Positions 15,800 to 31,281 of a stretch of 64,000 nucleotides of DNA are shown here, in pieces. Where the stretch lies: NCBI RefSeq assembly GCF_009914755.1, contig NC_060941.1; one strand, given 5' to 3'. A model generated the notes under the pieces. The model was not told the DNA's origin. It saw only the letters and a program-made list of their open reading frames with translations, and made no database searches. Position 1 is the stretch's first letter, and each line of letters begins with the position of its first letter. This DNA is from the human T2T-CHM13v2.0 reference genome, Homo sapiens. A program made the position numbers and the translations under genes.

Positions 15800-16900
15800 G
15801 TGTATCTTCTGCAACATTGGAGAAGATGGAGCAAGTAAAACAGTTCATAGAGCAAAAGAAGGAAAACAAAGCAACTGTCAAGGAAGCTTAAATCAGAAAG
15901 TACATGTATAAAGTGATGTAAGTAATAGCAAATTCATTATAATAGGAAATGTAATTTGATTAAACTACCCATTTAAAGACAAGAATACTAAGATTGGTCA
16001 GAAATCAAAGTCCAAACAAAAGATCTAACAACATTAATGACATTAGAAAAAATAAAAGAAGGCAAAGATAACATCAGATCAACTCAAACAAAAAGAAACT
16101 TGGCATTGTATTATTATCAGATGAGATATGGATCAGAGTAAGAAAGCACTAAGAGGAACAGAAAAAGGTGATTTTATGAATCACAGTGAAGATCATTCAC
16201 AGAGTAAAATTATATCAAACTATGTATAGTAAAAAAATTGGAAATATTAGAAAATAGAAAAGCATTATGATGAGTTTAACAAACTACTATCTTTAACAAA
16301 CCAAAGTGCCAAAAAATAAATAAGTTCTGAAGGATCTGAATGAAATAATTGGCAACATCAATTTGATAGCAGTATTTGGGACTTTGTATGACAGAATACT
16401 TTCTTGTTAAATGCCTGTGGGGCATTTACAAAAATTGACTAAATATCACTGTGAAGAAAATCAAAATAAAATTGCCCAAAGCACCTACATTTTCTACTCC
16501 AATGAAACAGAACTAGAAATTAATAGAAAGTAGTTGTCGAAATTGGAATTCTTTTTAAAAAGCGAACTACTACATATCTTGGGTTTAAAAGGAAGCAAAA
16601 ACTGTAAATATAGGTTATTTATACCTTAATGGTGATCATTTACAGTTAAACTTTCTGAATATGTCAAAAACTGAATTCAGAGGGAAAATAATAGACTAAA
16701 GCCTTTTATTTTAGACAAGAAAGAGGGAAAATAATGGACTACTTGAGTCCAGAAATTTCAAAAACAAGCAATAAGCGTGAGAAATCAGGAAAATAAACTA
16801 ATAAAGATAAAAGCAGGAAATAAAGAGTTAGAAAATGGGAACACAGAAGAGTTTGAAAGTATTCTGAGAGCATTCTTTGAAAATACCTATAGAAGAGACC
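15800..16900 (+). mobile_element. Old L1 fragment (degenerate ORF2 endonuclease region)
   Basis: A-rich; cagaatac..ttc..cattt acaaaaattgac, actagaaattaat motifs. Confidence 0.55.
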
Positions 16901-17168
16901 TCTGGTTTAGGTCTCCCTTGCCAGCTCTTTTTTTTTTTTTTACTTAGCATCTCTCCCATAGGAATTTTGGTCTCATAAGACTCTTCCTTTTCTTCTCCTG
17001 TATTCCCTTCCTAAGGAGTGCCGTTTATGCTTCTGGTTTTAATTGCTGATCTGTAAGCTGTGTTGCCTCCCAGATCTGTATCTCCATTCAGGTTTGTCCT
17101 CACAACTCAAGGCCTCTCCATGTGTCTTCTTGACGTTTTTATGTGGCTGTCTTGAAGGCATCTCAAAT

Positions 17169-17428
17169 CTTTTTTTTTTTTTTTTTTTTTTTTTTTGAGA
17201 CAAAATCTTGCTTTGTCACCCAAGCTGGAATGCAGTGGTGTGATCTCGGCTCACTGCAACCTCTGCCTCCTGGGGTTCAAGCCATTCTCCTGCCTCACCC
17301 TCCTAGATAGCTGAGACTACAGGCATGCACCACCATGCCTAGCGAATTTTTGTATTTTTAGTAGAGTCAGGGTTTCACTATGTTAGCCAGGCTGGTCTTG
17401 AACCCAAGTGAGCCACCATGCCTGGCCA
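17169..17428 (-). mobile_element. Alu with left-arm deletion
   Basis: Long T-run then antisense Alu body. Confidence 0.92.
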
Positions 17429-17853
17429 GGCAACTTATATCTTAACATGTGTAAAATACTACTTGTCATCTTCCACTCCCCAAAAGCTCTTCTTCTTTGA
17501 GTGTTCCCTTTCGTGGGGCCTGGAATCACTATTTTTTTACTTGAGCAAACCAGAAATGTATCAGTTGCCTCCTTCCTACTCCATATCCAATTAATGACCA
17601 AGTCCCATAAATCCATAGATTGTACTTTCTTCATTAGGGCATCAGTGCCTGCTGCTCTATCTGGAATGCTCTTCTTCCTCCCACATCACCTTCATACAGG
17701 GATTCCTAATCTTTTTATGCCATGGGTCCCTTTCATAGACTCATGAATAAGTTTTCACATATATAAAGTACATAAGATTTCAAAGGAAGTCACTTATATT
17801 GAAATATAATTTAAAAATATTAGAAAAGTAAATTTCTGATTGAGTTATATGTG

Positions 17854-18167
17854 TAGTAGTTCCCCCATTATCTGAGGTTTCACTTTCTGCGGTTTCAGTT
17901 ACTGCTATACACTACACTAAACAGTAAGATACTGTGTGAGGAGAGAGAACTACATTCACATAACTTTTATTAGATTATGTTGTTATAATTGTTCTATTTT
18001 TATTTCTTATTAATCTCTTACTGTGCATTATTTATAAATTAAGCATTATCATAGGTATGTACTTACAGGAAAAAATATAGCATATATAAGGTTTGGTATT
18101 AACCACAATTTGAGGCATCTGCTGGGGGTCTTGGAATGTATCCCCTGCAGATAAGGGAGGACTACTA
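17854..18167 (-). mobile_element. MER44 (Tigger7-derived) element
   Basis: TIRs tagtagttccccc..ttatc and gataagggaggactacta; ctgggggtcttggaa motif. Confidence 0.8.
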
Positions 18168-18415
18168 TACTTTATGAATTTATTAATGGTAAGATCTAGT
18201 GGCAGGTCTAATAACTACTTTCAAAGCAGTGGTGAGCGTAAACAATATGTTAAGATAACTGCAGCAAGTATAGTACAAAATGAAAAATGTCTGTGGTTTC
18301 TATTGTGTCAGGGTGTTTTTAATTTTACCTATATTCATAGTTTGTTGTCTACATTCATAATTTAATGATATGCTAACTACTTTCAAAGCAGTGGTGAGCA
18401 TAAATAGTATTTTGA

Positions 18416-18730
<315 letters not shown>

Positions 18731-19701
18731 CTACAATATTTTGAGGTAACTGCAGCAAATATAGTACAAAATAAAAAAATGCCTGTGATTTCTATTGTGT
18801 CAGGGTGTTTTTAATTTTACCTACATTCATAGTTTGTTGTCTACATTCATAATTTAAAGATATGCTAAATTTTAGCCAGAGGTTAATGAAAATGAAGGTA
18901 ACATTTTTTTTTAACCCATCGAGGTTCACAGAACCACTGAATCTATTAGTGGACACCATTAATTAAACATCCATGGTACTGTTGATTCTTATTTATCTTT
19001 TATATTTCATTCCAAATGTTGACTCCTCAGAGAGTCATTTTCTGATACCCAGACTAGATCCAATTTCCCTGTTATACTCTTCAAGCATCTCACACTTTTC
19101 CCTTGCAGGACTTAACTCAGTTGGTAATGGTACATTTGTGCATTGGTTGTCTGCCTCTCTTCACCTCTTTCCCTGAGGAAGGAGTTGGTATCTGTTAGTC
19201 ACTGTTGTATTACCAGCACATAGTAGATGCTCAGTAAATATTTGTTGAGTAAATAAAGATTAGGAAAGCTATCAAACTAATTTATTACCTTAGTAAGTAG
19301 GAAAAGAGCTTGGTAACTTGAGAGACTGACTGAAGGCCAGTGTCTATAATCATTTTCAGGGATATGTAGTTGTAAAATACATGTAGCTATAGTCAGGATG
19401 TAAAGTAGGTCACAGTAACCAAATAGCAAGGGGTTTAGGGAAAATTAGGGAACTGGAGAAAGGGCAAATTGTTCATGAGGGAAAAGAGAAGGTGTAATGT
19501 TTATGGGTGGACTTGTTGCTTGCTCTGTCACCTCTACCCCTATTAGTCCTGCCATTACCATTTTACTTAATCACTTAGCCAGGCCTGATACATAGTAGTC
19601 TTTGCTAACTGGATATTATGGAGGTAAAGCTGAAGGTTTTTGTTTGTGAAATGTTACACTAAGATAGGAGCTTGTGATAGATCTTTAAATAATGCTTTTA
19701 A

Positions 19702-19845
<144 letters not shown>

Positions 19846-20964
19846 TAATGTTATCAGCTAAATTATTTGTAGACTATATTTAAATACTGGAAGATGAAGT
19901 ATTCAGAATTAAAAACACTATACCAAATCACTTGGCATGTCAGCACTAAAGGAGATGGCCTTCTAGAATTTAATGCATTTTTCTGTCTAGTTCAGACCAG
20001 AAACAAGCAATATACAGAACAGAATCCTTTGAGGGAAGACACTGGGTCTGAGTTCATACAGTGTGCTAAGCTGCCTGTCAGGGATTGCTGATAAAAGATC
20101 TCTGTGTTGCCTTTGTTAGTGTCTCCATAAATCCCTCTATGCTCAGCAGATAACTGCTTTTAACATCTTGTTCTGTCTTTGCTCCTGTGGTCGTCTTTCA
20201 TTTCTGGGCAGGAAAAAGGAGGAGGAGTGCAGCTGGATAGAATATCTGATCGGAGCACTCTATTCCTAAGCTTCTGCCTTCAGGAGCCCTGGGGATCCTG
20301 GTCTGTTTTGGGTTAGCCTGCTACACTATAGTGAATATTCACTTTCCTTGTGGAAATAAGTTTTGGAAGCAGAGGACCAAATTCTTGGCGACAGTACACC
20401 AAGGGTATTGACAAGTTATTTTAAGAAAGTGGCACTGTGTTCAATGAGCCTGTATTCTTTTATATTATAGAATCTACCTTGGAAACAACTTACCACCCTT
20501 GTAACTTCCTGGGTATTGCTAAGACATTTTGATTATTGTCCAGAATCCCTTGATTCCGTTTTTTTTTTTTCCTCTGGACCCTAATTTGACCTTTTAGTCT
20601 CCAGAATGATTATAACTGTGATTTCCTTGATCATTGGTAGGAAAGGTATCATTTAGAGCTTCCTTATGAATAAATAGTACAAGTGCAAGAAGAATTGAAT
20701 AGAATCCTATCAGAGACCACTCTTTACTGTCATGAGTTGTGGTAAACCATCCATCCTGCCCTGAAAATGCAAAATTCTTGAGTTAATATAGATCAGTTCC
20801 TAAAATTACAAGAGTGATAGTCATGTATTTTTGGGTTCTAACTTAGGAGTTGGGCTGTGTGTATTAATATTTGAACTTGTGGGTAATATGTTTTTTATTA
20901 AACATGTTGAACTTTTTATTGATAAATTTCACAACATGATAATTGAATTTATGTTCTTTTATAG

Positions 20965-21171
<207 letters not shown>

Positions 21172-21339
21172 TGAGTCCTTATCATTAGGGACCTATCTTG
21201 AATAGGCAGCTTCATCATGTAATTCCCAAGTTTTGCTTCCCAACTTTACCTTTCTCTATAATACTGGAGAAGAGATCCTAAAAAACCCCTTCCCACCAGT
21301 TTTCTAGATTATTAGTGGTCTTTTCTGGAAATAATGGTT

Positions 21340-21830
21340 GGTAACCTATTGCTGCCTAACAAATCACTCCAAAACATAGTGGCTTAGAGCAACAACAGCC
21401 ATTATCTCACAGTTTCTATGGGTCAGGATCTTGGGAAGGGCTCTGCTGGGAGATTCTGGCTTGGGGTCTTGAGTAGTTGTAGTCAGACAGTAGTTGGAAT
21501 GATGGGGGTTGTGAGCCATCTCCTCTTCATGAGGTCCCATGGCCTCTCCACATGTTTTTCCCTGTGCCTTCGTTTGGGCTTCTTCATGGCATGGTGGCCT
21601 CATGGTGGTGGGACTGCTTACGTGGCAGCCCAGTACTTCACTTGTGGGGTGTTCTAGCTCGCAAGCTTTTACAATCTAGCTAAGATGTCATAGCATCGCT
21701 TCTGCTGCCCACTCACATTCAAGGAAATGGGAATTAGGCTCTGCTCTTGATAAGGAATAAGAAGGTGCTAGAAGACTTTGTGGAAGAGGAGATATTGTTG
21801 CTGCTGTCTTTGGAAAATATAGTTTGTCAC
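21340..21830. mobile_element. MaLR (MLT1-type) LTR
   Basis: ctattgctgcctaacaaatcactccaaaacatagtggcttag...tctcacagtttct motif. Confidence 0.7.
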
Positions 21831-23947
21831 TTGACCCAATTTGTGAGTCTTACTCTTTTTTATATCTCATATTATTTTTTCTTATTCTATCTTATATCTG
21901 ATATGAATAAATATTGTGTGAATTTTCACACAATATTTATTGATATCAGATATATTTTGGCCTTAATTATGTTTTTCCTCCTAATTTGTAGTATTTTCTT
22001 AGTCCTATTTTGCGATATAGATTCTTTTTTTCTTTGTGTGTGCTCATACATTCATACTTTCCTTCTTTGGATTTGGAAGCTTATTGGAAGCTTATTGTCT
22101 TTTTTCAGTTCTTCTGGTAGTTACCTTTAATTACTTTATATGTTTATATCATTACCCTCTTTCATGAATTAGGAAATTTATTCAGTATTTATGGAGTTCC
22201 TGCTCTGGAAAATGGGAAACTTTACGCTAATATGGTTTCTTTAACTTCTCCCTCCTCCTACCTCTAGAGTTTTGCTTATTATAGTCTTATTTTAGTCCTT
22301 CTAGTGGTTTTCTTTGTAACATTAATTAATGTACTTAAACCTGTTTATTGACTTAATAGACTCTGTTTAGAAAGGGAAGAAAATAAACACTCATATTCCT
22401 TCCTATGAGTTTCCTCCTTTCTCTCTTGTTTGTTCCAATGTTATTTTTGTGTTACCAAGTTTTATAATAGTTATCTTTTGAAAACATATTTCTTACTGGT
22501 TGTTTAGTCTTTGATCTGTTTTTTAAAAAAGTCGATTCATTGCCTATCACCAGTCTTACTGCAGCTTCTCCTTTTACTTATTGGTTGGCTACATTTTCTT
22601 TTGACTCATGTTTAAACATATGAGCCTATTGACTATTCTTAAATGATGACCTGGCTGGATTAATATTCTTGGGTCACAGTTTGTTTCTTTTTGGAAGATG
22701 CTATTCCATCATTTTCTTTCACTGAATATCTTGGAGAAGTCTGAGGCCAGGCTTACTTAACCTTTGTAATCTCTCCTCATAAGGTGTTTTTTTTTTTAGT
22801 TCATGTAACCCAGATGTATCTGTATTTATCTTTCCATATCAAGTTTTCTGGAGTCTGTGCCTTTCTGACAGGCAGACCAAAGTTTTGCTTGGAATCAGGA
22901 AAATTTTTTCTGTTAAATCTTTGCATTTATTTATGTTCTATGGTTTGACCTTTCATTTTGAAGTACCAGTTACGTTTATGTTGGATCATTTTTATTTGTT
23001 CTCATCTACTATTTTCTTGTTGCTTTAATTATTCATCTTTTCCTTATTTATTCAGCAATTTTAAGAGTTCACTCTTATGTCAGAGCTGTCTGGAGACACA
23101 GGGGGATAAGTTAGGGGACAGTAAACAAGTTGACTGCTCCAGTAGAGCTTATGTTCTAGTGGAAGGTAGACAAACAGTAAAAAATACAACAGGGGATGTT
23201 AGTTAATGATACAAAGTAATGGGGTAGAGAGTGCAGAGGAGAGAACAGTAACTATTTTAAGTGCTCAGCTAAGGCTTCTCTCTGTATTTCCTTAGCTTTG
23301 TCAGCTCCGTTTTCATCTCCTGTTATCTCACCCTCATGCTTTTTGAGTTCTTTTCTTTAGGTTTTTCTGTAGGGTGAAATAGTCCGAGGAATGCTTTTAT
23401 TTTGGTGGGGTTTTTTTCTTTTCGAGTAGATTCTTCACCTATCTTCTGTATACTATGCTTCTTTTTTCTTTTTTCACTATAGTTTTGCATAAATGCACTT
23501 CCCTTTTTCCTTATCCATTTTGCTTATCCTTACAGTGACAGTCCTGTCCAGCCCTTCTCTTTCTGCTGGTTTAGTGCGGGTGAATCCCCCTTGACCACCT
23601 TCTCCTGATGTCTGAGGCACGTGGCTGCTGCTCTGAGCTGGAGTTGCAGTGCTGGGTTTGGTGGCCTGAAGACACAGGTGTGATGTGCGATGTGGAGAAC
23701 TTGCCAGGCTCTTGCTCTCTTGGCTGGGCTGCCTGGTTTTGCGTTCTCTTCCTTAGTGGGGCTCTTGTCTGCTGGTTGGCTGTGCACTCTCTTCTGGTTC
23801 TTCCCTTCTGCTTTGGATTGTTTGTAAGACCTTAGAGCTTTAGCATCCATCCAAGAGAGTCAGCCCAGTCTTTTTCTAGCAGTGTTTCTACTTCCTTAAA
23901 ACAAAACAGGGAGAGGTTATGTGAAAGCCAGTTTGATCCTGTGTTAA

Positions 23948-24087
23948 CCTACTTATGCCTAGTGTTCCATTATTGGAACACTAAGCATGTAGGAGTTATT
24001 TATATCCTACTGCTCAAGGTCATCACCAAGGTCTGATTTTTCACTCATGCAAAAATTCACAAAATTGCAGCCTACAGCATAAATGGG
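23948..24087 (+). mobile_element. MER85 piggyBac (PGBD3-derived) MITE, full length, 140 bp
   Basis: TTAA at 23944-23947 and 24088-24091; ends CCTACTTATGC.. and ..GCATAAATGGG; internal GTTCCATTATTGGAAC at 23964-23979. Confidence 0.93.
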
Positions 24088-24091
24088 TTAA

Positions 24092-24469
<378 letters not shown>

Positions 24470-25351
24470 TCACTTCTCTTAAGATGATCATCTCTCATGA
24501 TTAATGATCCTTCTGCGCTTCCTCTCCTGCCTTCTTCCCACCCGGTGGCACCACTATGGCCAGCTGCAGGGATTTTCCTGCCTGTTTGGGTCATTGTTAG
24601 TTGGGAGGAGTTTCTGCTGTCATGGCTGTTTCTGCATTTTTTTCTCGGGTCTTTTGCTTTTCTATAAGTTCCTGGGGATGGTAATTAGTGAAATTTTCCT
24701 TAGAGCTTCTTTGCAGAGTTTGGAGCTATGTAGAGCTGCTCCAACCTGGCTCTTTCTTTGGCCACCAGCCCTTTTTTATGTTTGTTGGTATTAGTTTATT
24801 TGTGTTTTTAAAAATGCTGTTTGCTGTTTGTACCTTAAGGGGAGGGAGATCTTCATGTCTGACTTCACTGCACCATCTTAAACCAGAAGTTTAACTTACA
24901 GATTTTAACATTTGTTGCCATTGAGTAAATCGATGCCTTAGCAGGACCCATGATTGGTCTTTGAATTGAGGTGTACCCTGGCATGTTGATATATACATAC
25001 CCAGCAGTGCCCCATTTGAGAAGCATGGGAAATTAAAAGGAAATTTATTCAAATAAATACACAGTTTTATATTTATTTAGGAAACTAGCACCCTCTTATT
25101 ACACTAACACGTTTAATTCCATGAAACATAAGTTTAGAACAGAAAGTACCACCTCCTCTTCTTTTACTAGGAATGTGAAACCTGTTCATTAATCAAACAT
25201 TTAAATCTATTAATTAAACATTAAAATCAGCTATACATCTTGTTAAGGGTAAGGAGAATAAATCTAGATTGGAAAACGACATTTCATTGAGCTGCTTTGC
25301 TTGTCACAGATATAAAAGAGTAGAATGGTCGATGAGCTGTTTATTCCAGAA

Positions 25352-25558
25352 CAAGGGTTGGCAAACTATGGCCTGCAGACCAAATCCAGCCCGACACCTG
25401 TTTTTGTAAGTTTTTATTGAAAAACAGCCTTGCCCACTTATATATTGTCTATGGCTGCCTTCGGATTAGAACAGCAGAGTTGAGTAATTGCAACAGAGAC
25501 CGTATGGTCTGAAATATTTATGATTTGACCCTTTACAGGAGAACTTTGCTGATCCCTG
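25352..25558. mobile_element. MER58A hAT-Charlie element
   Basis: caagggttggcaaactatggcc ... gcagagttgagta ... tttgctgatccctg. Confidence 0.8.
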
Positions 25559-26269
25559 TATTAGAGTCTTTAACCTTGGGAATCCCTCACATTGTCTCAA
25601 TTTTTCTAATTAAGATTAATTAGAAATTTTTAAAGAATGGGTTTTGAGTTTCTTTTTCTCACTTCTCATTGATCCTAGTGGGATGACCATAGGTGAGAAA
25701 ATGAAACTCAAAGGAACAAACAGCTCTGCAAAAGTACAGTTCCCCTTGGAGCTGTCTCCCTGCTCGGGGAAGGCAGGCATCGGTTGATTTATGCCTTAGG
25801 GCATTGCATCCCCTCTACCAGAAGCCAGTTGTCACGTAGAGCAGAGATTCACCCCTACCTGCTCTCAGTTTATTGAACTTGATCTACCTCTTGACTGTTC
25901 TTTTGTAATTCTTATAGGAATAATTAACATTTGAACCTTTCCTGAGTCTCATTTACTTTTCCTAACTTTACTCACAGACCAATGGGAAACAGAGAGCAAG
26001 AAGGCTCCCCCTGCACTGCATCCCCAGCAGCTAGCATGATGCCTGGCACATAAGAGCAGTTGTGTCCAGTAAATATTTGCTGGGTGAATGACTCGTGCCT
26101 TGTGCAGAGCGTCTATCAGATGGGTCTGTTCTGGCAACTGTCTCTGGAAAATCTCAACTGGCACAATCATGGCTTTGCAGAGCTTCCTCTTCCTTCTCTT
26201 TCTCATGACAGTCTGCCTTGTCTCATTTATGGCACAGAGAAAGGTCAATTTCAGGCCAGTAACCATTGA

Positions 26270-26437
<168 letters not shown>

Positions 26438-26741
26438 TGATCAGTGACTAATGCAATTATTTCTAACTTTCATAGTTTAATTTTTATGAAACGCTCCTGA
26501 ACAGAAGTTTTAAAGGCATATAGTTGTATAAATATAATGATAAAGATGTTGTAATTGCTCTTTGGGGGTGTTCAAGACAGTCTGGAAGTGTATTGTCAGT
26601 ATCCTAAAATTATTTTAAAGCCAGGAAGGATAAACTATCATTGATAATAACTTATTTTTTAAAAATTACTTTTAAGTTCAGTTGTTTTTCATCAATTATG
26701 GGAGCTTTAAGTGAATGCCCTTGCAGAATGTATGTTGTATG

Positions 26742-27040
26742 TTTTTTTTTTTTTTTTTTGAGACAGAGTTTTGCTCTGTCGCCCAGGCTGGAGTGCAGTG
26801 GTGCAATCTTGGCTCACTGCAACCTCTGCCCCCCGGGTTCATGTGATTCTCCTGCCTCAGCCTTATGAGTAGCTGGGATTACAGGCGCATGCCACCACGC
26901 CCAGCTAATTTTTTGTGTTTTCAGTAGAGATGGGATTTCATCGTGTTAGCCAGGATGGTCTCCATCTCATGACCTTGTGATCTGCCTACCTCGGCCTCCC
27001 AAAGTGCTGGGATTACAGGCGTGAGCCACCGTGCCCAGCC
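26742..27040 (-). mobile_element. Alu
   Basis: Antisense Alu; TSD tgtatgttgtatg. Confidence 0.95.
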
Positions 27041-27187
27041 TGTATGTTGTATGGTTTTAGGGAGAACAGTTGAATCACAAGAAGACCATAACATTTGTAC
27101 TCAGATGTTTTTTTCCCCCTAGAACATAAGGATTTTACTATAATACCCCAACATCAGGGTTTTCAGCAGGATGAGTAGTAGTCATAG

Positions 27188-27536
<349 letters not shown>

Positions 27537-27693
27537 TAGCATGTCTACTTTTTAATGTGATTGGGCCATTGTATGTAAGGTAATGCTCTGCTTAGAAATA
27601 TAGAATGTTTTCCTAGGCCTAGTCCCCAAGTCCATGGTGTGTGAAGTGAAATAACTTTGATGTTAAGGAGTTTTTTTTTTTTGTCTTTTGCAG

Positions 27694-27720
27694 AACACTG
27701 GAGATGATCAGACTTCCTGA
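27694..27720 (+). CDS. TVP23B: TVP23B coding exon 7 (NTGDDQTS*)
   Basis: tcttttgcag|AAC ACT GGA GAT GAT CAG ACT TCC TGA; exon lengths 12+83+145+90+132+129+27 = 618 nt = 205 aa + stop. Confidence 0.94.
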   Translation, partial: NTGDDQTS

Positions 27721-28870
27721 ATAGAGAAAGCTTATGTGCTTTGTTACATTGGGGAACAACTGAAGAGATTCTTGACTCAACCTTTTAGAGCTTAGTCCAT
27801 GTTGCAACGAGGAGTGTTGGCTTTGTTTTTCCACTTAAAAACTTTATTTATAAAAAGGAAAAGTAGTTTTCATATTAAGTTTTTATTTCCTTTCCAGCAG
27901 TTGGGGCTAGAAAGTATGTGTTGGCACTAGAAACATTGTCAAGATTTGTTCTGTGGTGTAGGTATGCACATTCCATAGGTATGCACACGGCCATGTAATA
28001 TCAGTATATCCCAAGTTAATGAAAGTGTTCATTTACATAGGTAATGGAGACCTTTGCATTTTGATCCATAGAACATAGGAGGATGTTCTTAGTCTGTCTC
28101 AAAGCTCTATATGTTTACATATTATTTCTGTAGATTGTTTTCAGGAGAAAGTTTTGCTTCTATGGTAAGAGTGAGCACTTTGGCTTATGTATAAGTTAGA
28201 AATAATTGTTAGTTTTTAATATGCACTTCGTGGGGAAATTTCTTAGACGTATGCAAGCAAGTGAAAACAATTAGGGCCAGTGGTATTAACTACTTTATAA
28301 AATTTTATTTTTGTTTGTAAGAAGTCATCTATTTAAGGCCCAGTTAATATAAGTGGAATCATCATAGTTTAAGGAATACCCAGAGATTGCTGCTGTTCTA
28401 TTTATTTTACAGAAAGGATAGCTAGATTGAAAGCTCTTCAGTGGACCTTGAGCTAATAGATCTTTTACCACTAAAAGAGCATTATTCTCATGTCATAATG
28501 AGAATAATAATTTACATACTTGGCATAATAAATGCCTAAAAGACATTTTATTTTCTGAATCTATTTTTTTCTTGCTATAATGGGGATATTGTAAATTATG
28601 CATTTGTATTAATGGTATTTCTTAAAGCAATCTATGTAACTGTAAATTAAACCAATCTACAAACTATTGTAGGCATCTGTAAATTCTGTTGTAGGTATTA
28701 TAAACTTTGTTGAAGTCTTAATCAGCAGATTATGTTGTGAATATATTTGTACATTGTTAAAATAGTTTTTAAGATTATTTGTTTAATTGAATAAGTGTCT
28801 TATTGGAGTGATAGCTTTGAAGGTGCAAAACTTTATATTTGTATAAAATTCTACTATTTACAAGGCATTT
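27721..28870 (+). other. TVP23B: TVP23B 3'UTR (end uncertain) with candidate poly(A) signals
   Basis: AT-rich, no obvious repeats; AATAAA 28527-28532, ATTAAA 28646-28651, TATAAA about 28842. Confidence 0.6.
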
Positions 28871-29643
28871 GACATGTGTAATCTCATTTAACCCTCATGA
28901 TAAATATGTAATACTTTAGATGATATAACTGAACTTCAGGTTATTGAGTGACTTTCCCAAGGAAAACAGATTGCAGGAATATCTGTAGGATATAAAACAT
29001 GATATATTAGTATTTTTTAGAGAAAATATTTGCTCTAAATGCCCTTTCCTTTCTTAAAAATTAATAATTTGTTAAGAGCTTGTTTATTTTACTTAGCTGT
29101 TCTGTCTGGTGAGAATTGATACTGCACTAAAGACATTTTAAAATACAATCTGAAAGATCTAACCTAAATCTTTAGGGTTGAGAGTCTAACAAAGGATACA
29201 TTGGTGTAGTTCTTTAGGTAACTGTGTTATTTGAACTGCATCCTAAACCAAGTAACAATGAATTTTAGAATATGCATGTGGTAGGAGCTACCCTGTATTC
29301 CCTAATACTCGTTTTTCTCCTTCTACAGATTTCCCACCTAATTAGCTAGGGAATGGCATCCTGGAATAAAGATAAAACTTTTCCTAGATTTTATCGCTGT
29401 ATCTTGGTGTGGCCACATCACCAAGTTTGGGCCAATGGATACACTTCCAGGAAGTATCCTTAAAAGGAGGAGGCATGCCCATCCCTTCCCCCTTTTTCCT
29501 GAAAGGTAGACACAATAGCAGAAACTAGAGCAGCCATCTTGGACTATGTGATAAAGGCTTCGTTTTGTGAATAGCAGAGAAATGAGGTAGATACTGTCTG
29601 AATCCCATCTTGTGGGTATAGTAGCCCTGAACTACTTGTCTGA

Positions 29644-29936
<293 letters not shown>

Positions 29937-30199
29937 GACCTGTTTGAACTTTTAATAAAAGTGAAGGGAGGAACTACCTTCTTCAAGTGTTAATGTTCTG
30001 GCTTCTCTGTTGCTCATAGCCTAACTGGATTCTTGTCAATACAGTGCACTTTGAGCATTATCCATGATTATTTCCATTTGAAGTAACTTTCCATATTGTA
30101 CTAACAACTCCAGTTGTTAGTACAGTATTAGAGATGTAATAATTTAGTAAATACCTAGTTGTCCTTTATGTAGTAATTAAGTAAATATTGTAGTTGCTG

Positions 30200-30725
30200 C
30201 CGAGTTGCACTGTTCAGATGCTGTTGCTACGTAAAACTCCACTCCTAGAATTACTGGTGAAAAGTCATTTTATTATGCTCACAAATTGTGTGGGACAGGA
30301 ATTTGGATGGAGCACAGTGATGGCTGGGGAAGGAGCCAGGGAGTGGCAGGGAGCTTTTCAGCTACTGGCCTGGAGGTTGACATTGGCTGTCAGCTGTGGC
30401 CTCAGCTAGGCTCTCGGTTGGAACACCTACACTGTGTAGTTTCTCCCTGTGGGCACATTTGACTTCTTCACAACCTGGCACTGGGTTCTAACAATGAGCC
30501 TTCCAAGAGAGCAAGAGAAGTGCATGGCATTTTAATGATTAGTCTTGGAATTCACATGATGTGTCTTCTGTCATACTTCATTGGATGAAGCAGTAACCAA
30601 GGTCCATCCAGCTTCAATAGAATGGTACATAGAGCCCAGTACTTGATGAGAGGAGTGTTAAGATTACATTATAATAAGAAGTATGTGGGATGGGAGATAG
30701 TCTTTAGAAAATAAAATCTGTGACA
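30200..30725. mobile_element. MaLR (MLT1-type) LTR
   Basis: cattttattatgctcacaaattgtgtggg.caggaatttgg...ggcctcagct motifs. Confidence 0.65.
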
Positions 30726-30860
30726 CTTTAATCATTTCATTAAGACTGAAGAAATTAGGAGAGACTGAGGATAAGTGGTTTTCCATTTTTTTTCCCTGGG
30801 TCAGCCTTGGATACAGGTGAATTGACTGAATGGTGCTAGTAAAATGGAAGTAAAATCACA

Positions 30861-31160
<300 letters not shown>

Positions 31161-31234
31161 CTAGTAAAATCACATTCTAATTCTACATCCCCCAGAGTAT
31201 GTATTCTTTGACCCAGACCTCTAAATAGGTAAGG

Positions 31235-31235
<1 letters not shown>

Positions 31236-31278
<43 letters not shown>
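31236..31278. repeat. (TG)n microsatellite
   Basis: Directly visible. Confidence 0.98.
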
Positions 31279-31281
<3 letters not shown>

